Shown in pieces: positions 61,006 to 64,000 of a DNA stretch of 64,000 nt. The DNA comes from Deltaproteobacteria bacterium. GTDB lineage: Bacteria; Myxococcota_A; UBA9042; PHBI01. The notes under the pieces are model-generated. The model was not told where the DNA came from. It saw only the letters and a program-made list of their open reading frames with translations, and did not search any database. The position numbers and the translations under genes are program-made. The stretch covers positions 758,190 through 822,189 of the forward strand of contig JACKFA010000004.1 in the NCBI GenBank assembly GCA_020632715.1, in the 5' to 3' direction. Within the stretch, counting starts at the first letter, position 1; every line of letters starts with the position of its first letter.

Positions 61006-62409
61006 CTATTCCTGCCCGTCGGCGGGTCGGCGCAGGACCACGACGTCCCGCCCGCGGACCCCGCCGACGACGAGCGCGCCGTCGGGATCGAAGCGCAGGA
61101 GCGTCACCGCGTCGAGCCCCTCGGCCACCGCGATCCCGTCCCGCTCGACGCGCCACGCCGCGCCCGGCGCGCGCTGCACGGCGGCCGCCCGGTGCGCGCC
61201 GTCGGCCGAGATCGCGACCGACGCGATCGCCGCGAGCGGGTCGCTCGGCTGCCCCGCGACGCGCGGCGCGAGCTCCCAGCGGTCCGTCCCGCCCGCTGAC
61301 ACCGCCGCCACCGCGCTCTCCCCGTCCGCCGCGATCGCGACGTCGCCCACCCGCGCGAACCCCGGCCCCACGCTCCCGCCGATGACGACGTGGCTCCCGC
61401 TCGCGTCGCGCGTCGTGAAGACCAGCGTGCGCCCGTCCGGCGCGACCAGCGGCGCCCCTCGCGGTCGGAAGGCGAGCGGCGTCGCGACGCCGTCCACGAC
61501 GAGCTCCCAGGCGCCGTCGCGGGCGCCCGCATAGACGAGCGCGCCGTCCGGGCGGAACACCGGCCCGACGGCCAGGTCCCAGCTGCGCTCGTCGAGGTCG
61601 CCGAGCGTCAGCGCGCCGCGCGCGTCGTCGCGGAAGTAGGCGACGCGCTTCCCGTCGGGGCTCAGCGCGGGCGCCTTCACGACACGGTGGATGGGGCCCG
61701 GCTCGCCGGCGACCACGATCTGGAGCCCGTCCTCGACCCGCGCGAGGTACGCGAGCGCCGACCCGTCGGCGGCGTAGACGAGGTCGCGGGCCTCGCGCAC
61801 AGGCGCGCCGATGACGCCGTCTGCCACGACGTGATCGGCGTCCCCGAGGCGCGCGACCCAGGCGACGTGTGGGCCCGCGACGACCGGCGCGAAGGAGGCG
61901 CGGTCCGCGAAGGGCCCGCGGCGGCCGTCCGCGACGACGGTCGCCTTGCCGGTGCCGTTCTCGGCGCGGTAGGCGACGTGGGCGAGGTCGTCCGAGAAGC
62001 GCACGCTGAACGGCGCGAGCACGAGGTCGTCCGGCACGGTGTCGACCACGCGTTCCCCGGCCGCCGCCACGGCCTCCGCCTCCGCCGCTGCCGCCGCCCC
62101 GGCCTCCGCCTCCGCCGCCGCCCCGGCCCCGGCCGCCGCCGCTGTCGCCGCCCGGCCTCCGCCGTCGCCGCCGCTGTCGCCGACGCCGCCCCGGCCGCCG
62201 CCGCCCCAGCCTCCGCCTCCGCCGTCGCCGCCACCACTGTCGCCGACGCCGCCCCGGCCCTCCGCCTCCGACGCTGTCGCCTCCGCGGTCGCCGCCGCGC
62301 CCTCCGGACCCCGTAGGGGCGGCCCTTGTGGCCGCCCGGCGTCGCTCCCGCGCCCGCACCCGCCGACGACGGCGAACGCCACCACGATCGCGGCGCGCCG
62401 CCCGATCAC
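61006..62409 (-). CDS. Beta-propeller lipoprotein with a Gly/Ala/Glu low-complexity linker.
   Basis: GTG start giving VIGRRAAIVVAFAVVGGC (lipobox). Repeats of DG..LAY / DGK.VAY. It is the coherent 3' part of track ORF 61006..63066. Start overlaps the stop of the upstream gene (GTGA). Confidence 0.6.
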   Translation of the reverse strand: MIGRRAAIVVAFAVVGGCGRGSDAGRPQGPPLRGPEGAAATAEATASEAEGRGGVGDSGGGDGGGGGWGGGGRGGVGDSGGDGGGRAATAAAAGAGAAAEAEAGAAAAAEAEAVAAAGERVVDTVPDDLVLAPFSVRFSDDLAHVAYRAENGTGKATVVADGRRGPFADRASFAPVVAGPHVAWVARLGDADHVVADGVIGAPVREARDLVYAADGSALAYLARVEDGLQIVVAGEPGPIHRVVKAPALSPDGKRVAYFRDDARGALTLGDLDERSWDLAVGPVFRPDGALVYAGARDGAWELVVDGVATPLAFRPRGAPLVAPDGRTLVFTTRDASGSHVVIGGSVGPGFARVGDVAIAADGESAVAAVSAGGTDRWELAPRVAGQPSDPLAAIASVAISADGAHRAAAVQRAPGAAWRVERDGIAVAEGLDAVTLLRFDPDGALVVGGVRGRDVVVLRRPADGQE

Positions 62410-63182
62410 TTCGGCGCGGACGCCCCGAGCGCCGCGTCCCGGTGCCGCGCGTAGGTCGCGACGCCCTCCTCGCACCCGGCCGCGTCTCCCGCCCCGAACG
62501 CCGCGCACCCCGCGAGCGCCTTCTTCCGCAGCGCCTCCGGGTCGCCGGTGACGTCCGTCCCGGCGAACGCCTGCGCCGCGATGGCCCGCGCCGCCTCGAG
62601 CTCGTCGCCCGTCGGCTGCGACCCGTCCGCCCGCGGCGCCGACAGGTCCCTCACGATCCCGAGCAAGAACCCGCGGTCCGCCGCGGTCAGCGTCGCGCCC
62701 GAGAAGGCCATCGCCTTGTCGACGCGCTCGCCCGCCCACTGCTGCGCCTGCGCCACGCTCGGCCGCGCCACGGCCCCCGCGCCGCCGCCGCTCGTGAGCG
62801 CCACCGCGATGAGCACCGCCGCCGCGATCGCCACGACCGCGCCGACCCACATCGCCGGCCCGCGCCGCCGCTCCCGCGCCGCCGCGAGCGACACGACCTC
62901 TGCCGGACCGCCGGCCGCCGCGGCGCCCGTGGCCGCCGCGCGCGCCGCCCACGCCTTCGTCTCCTCCCGCAGCACCCCGAGCCGCGCGAGCGCCACGCTC
63001 TCGCTGAGCGGCGCCTCCACCGCGTGCGCGAGCGCCGCGAGCTCCTGCTCGAGCCGGTCGAGCCACGGCAGGAAGCCGGCGGTCTTCGCCCCCTCCACGA
63101 CCACGAGCCCCGGATCCTCCTCCCCGTCGCCGAAGAGGTAGGTCAGGACGGCCTCCTCGAGGCGCGCGTCGACAGCCGTCAT
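62406..63182 (-). CDS. Putative anti-sigma factor (single-pass membrane protein).
   Basis: Lies 2 nt downstream of the ECF sigma gene. Cytoplasmic N-domain, TM helix MWVGAVVAIAAAVLIAVAL, periplasmic C-domain. No zinc-binding anti-sigma motif. Confidence 0.5.
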   Translation of the reverse strand: MTAVDARLEEAVLTYLFGDGEEDPGLVVVEGAKTAGFLPWLDRLEQELAALAHAVEAPLSESVALARLGVLREETKAWAARAAATGAAAAGGPAEVVSLAAARERRRGPAMWVGAVVAIAAAVLIAVALTSGGGAGAVARPSVAQAQQWAGERVDKAMAFSGATLTAADRGFLLGIVRDLSAPRADGSQPTGDELEAARAIAAQAFAGTDVTGDPEALRKKALAGCAAFGAGDAAGCEEGVATYARHRDAALGASAPK

Positions 63183-63183
63183 C

Positions 63184-63726
63184 TCAGCCCCCCGCCGCCG
63201 AGGGCTCTTCGAACCCCTCGCGCAGCTGCGCGAGGAGCTTCTTGAGCACGTAGTACGGCGACTTCGGCGGCCACCCGCACGACTTCTGCGCGGCGGGGAC
63301 GCTGTCGGTGGTCATCACGTTCGTGAGGAAGCAGCGCTCCTCGGGCGAGAGCTTCGCGAGCTGCTCCCGGAGCCGCGTCGAGCGCTGCTCGTCCTCGAGG
63401 AGCGAGTCCGCGAGCGGCGCCTCGTCGGGCGTCGGCCGCTCGAGGTCGTCGTCGCGCGCGTCCTCGAGGTAGGCCGCCTTCTTCCGCCCCTGATCGATCA
63501 TGAGGTTCCGCATGGTCCGGTACGCGAGCGCCATCAGCTGGTTGAACGGCCGCTCCCGCAGGCTCGCTTCGTCGTAGGCGTTCAAGAGCTTCGCGAGGGC
63601 CTCCTGCACGAGGTCCTCGGGGAGCATCCGCCCCGACTTGCCGCGGTTCGCCCCCGCGAGGAGGAGCCGCGCTCTCATCGCCATCTCGGCCTGCAGGTGG
63701 TCGAAGAACGGGTCGCGTCGCGTCAT
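63184..63726 (-). CDS. ECF-type RNA polymerase sigma-70 factor.
   Basis: Region 2 (LPEDLVQEALAKL…ERPF) and region 4 (LSPEERCFLTNVM). Start may be Met1 at 63759 or Met12 at 63726. Confidence 0.8.
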   Translation of the reverse strand: MTRRDPFFDHLQAEMAMRARLLLAGANRGKSGRMLPEDLVQEALAKLLNAYDEASLRERPFNQLMALAYRTMRNLMIDQGRKKAAYLEDARDDDLERPTPDEAPLADSLLEDEQRSTRLREQLAKLSPEERCFLTNVMTTDSVPAAQKSCGWPPKSPYYVLKKLLAQLREGFEEPSAAGG

Positions 63727-64000
63727 GGGACCAGTGCCAGGGGTGCTTCGGTGCGCCACCTTGGCACGTTCTCGGCCGTCCTGTCATCTCGGTCCTCCGG
63801 AGGCCGCCGCACGGCGGGCGCGTCGCGTCCCTCGTGCTCAGGGACGGCCGCCACCACGGCGGTTGAAAACGCGCGTCCTGATTCCCGAACGTGCGCCGAC
63901 GGGGGGCTCCGGTGTATGTGTCTCGGAGTCCAAAAATCGAAGCGTCCTGGCGATCAAACGCGCCCTGCCGCACAACTCACCGCCGCCCCCGAACCACTCC

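Noticed and set aside
63760-63900. Possible ECF-type autoregulated promoter (GGAAT … CGTT-like elements) upstream of the sigma factor gene.
   Set aside because: The spacing between candidate -35 and -10 elements does not fit the ~16-17 nt ECF rule in any reading I tried, so I did not call it.
1-64000. tRNA, rRNA, CRISPR arrays, transposases/integrases, prophage genes.
   Set aside because: Looked for T-loop/acceptor-like segments in all intergenic gaps, direct-repeat/spacer periodicity, and DDE or tyrosine-recombinase motifs in all plausible ORFs. None found.

Overview
This 64 kb window is ~70% GC with strong third-position GC bias, which fits a myxobacterial (Myxococcota) chromosome; I did not find rRNA, tRNA, CRISPR or transposase/integrase genes. 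I call ~37 protein-coding features. All coordinates were taken from the supplied ORF track and shifted in whole codons using the protein strings; hand-indexing the nucleotides proved error-prone, so ±3 nt on adjusted starts is possible. Most long reverse-frame ORFs in the track are R/G/A/P-rich mirror frames of real genes and were rejected.

Main gene content:
- Metabolism: NADP isocitrate dehydrogenase (icd); an arginine-biosynthesis operon of argF-like carbamoyltransferase, a long ArgB with a C-terminal GNAT domain, and argC; an M3 oligopeptidase; an EamA/DMT transporter; a putative Rieske oxygenase - flavin monooxygenase - SAM methyltransferase operon of unknown substrate.
- Signalling: two Hanks-type Ser/Thr kinases with zinc-ribbon N-termini, a class III adenylate cyclase, an Aer-like PAS/MCP protein, and an ECF sigma / anti-sigma pair.
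- Surface proteins: many large secreted proteins and lipoproteins carrying low-complexity tandem-repeat linkers. These include a ~1870 aa protein with ~13 Cys-rich repeats, a >3000 aa lipoprotein with (ADT)n, Big-like and TSP3-like Ca-binding repeats, and two paralogous lipoproteins sharing a Cys-containing ~340 aa N-terminal domain.

Most notable observations:
1. A secreted protein ending in a complete Hint (Hedgehog/intein-like) autoprocessing domain.
2. A ~3.7 kb array of four ~1 kb tandem beta-helix-like repeats at the 3' end of the giant lipoprotein, with roughly ten reading-frame disruptions.
3. A second repeat-associated frameshift in a separate lipoprotein gene.
4. A MYXO-CTERM-like tail running in-frame into a lipoprotein signal peptide (apparent loss of a stop codon).
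5. A cluster of three small membrane proteins: DUF2752, SHOCT+CD225, and GlsB/YeaQ-like+SHOCT.
6. Two perfect copies of the palindrome GTGAACGnCGTTCAC flanking one kinase gene, plus a third degenerate copy elsewhere.
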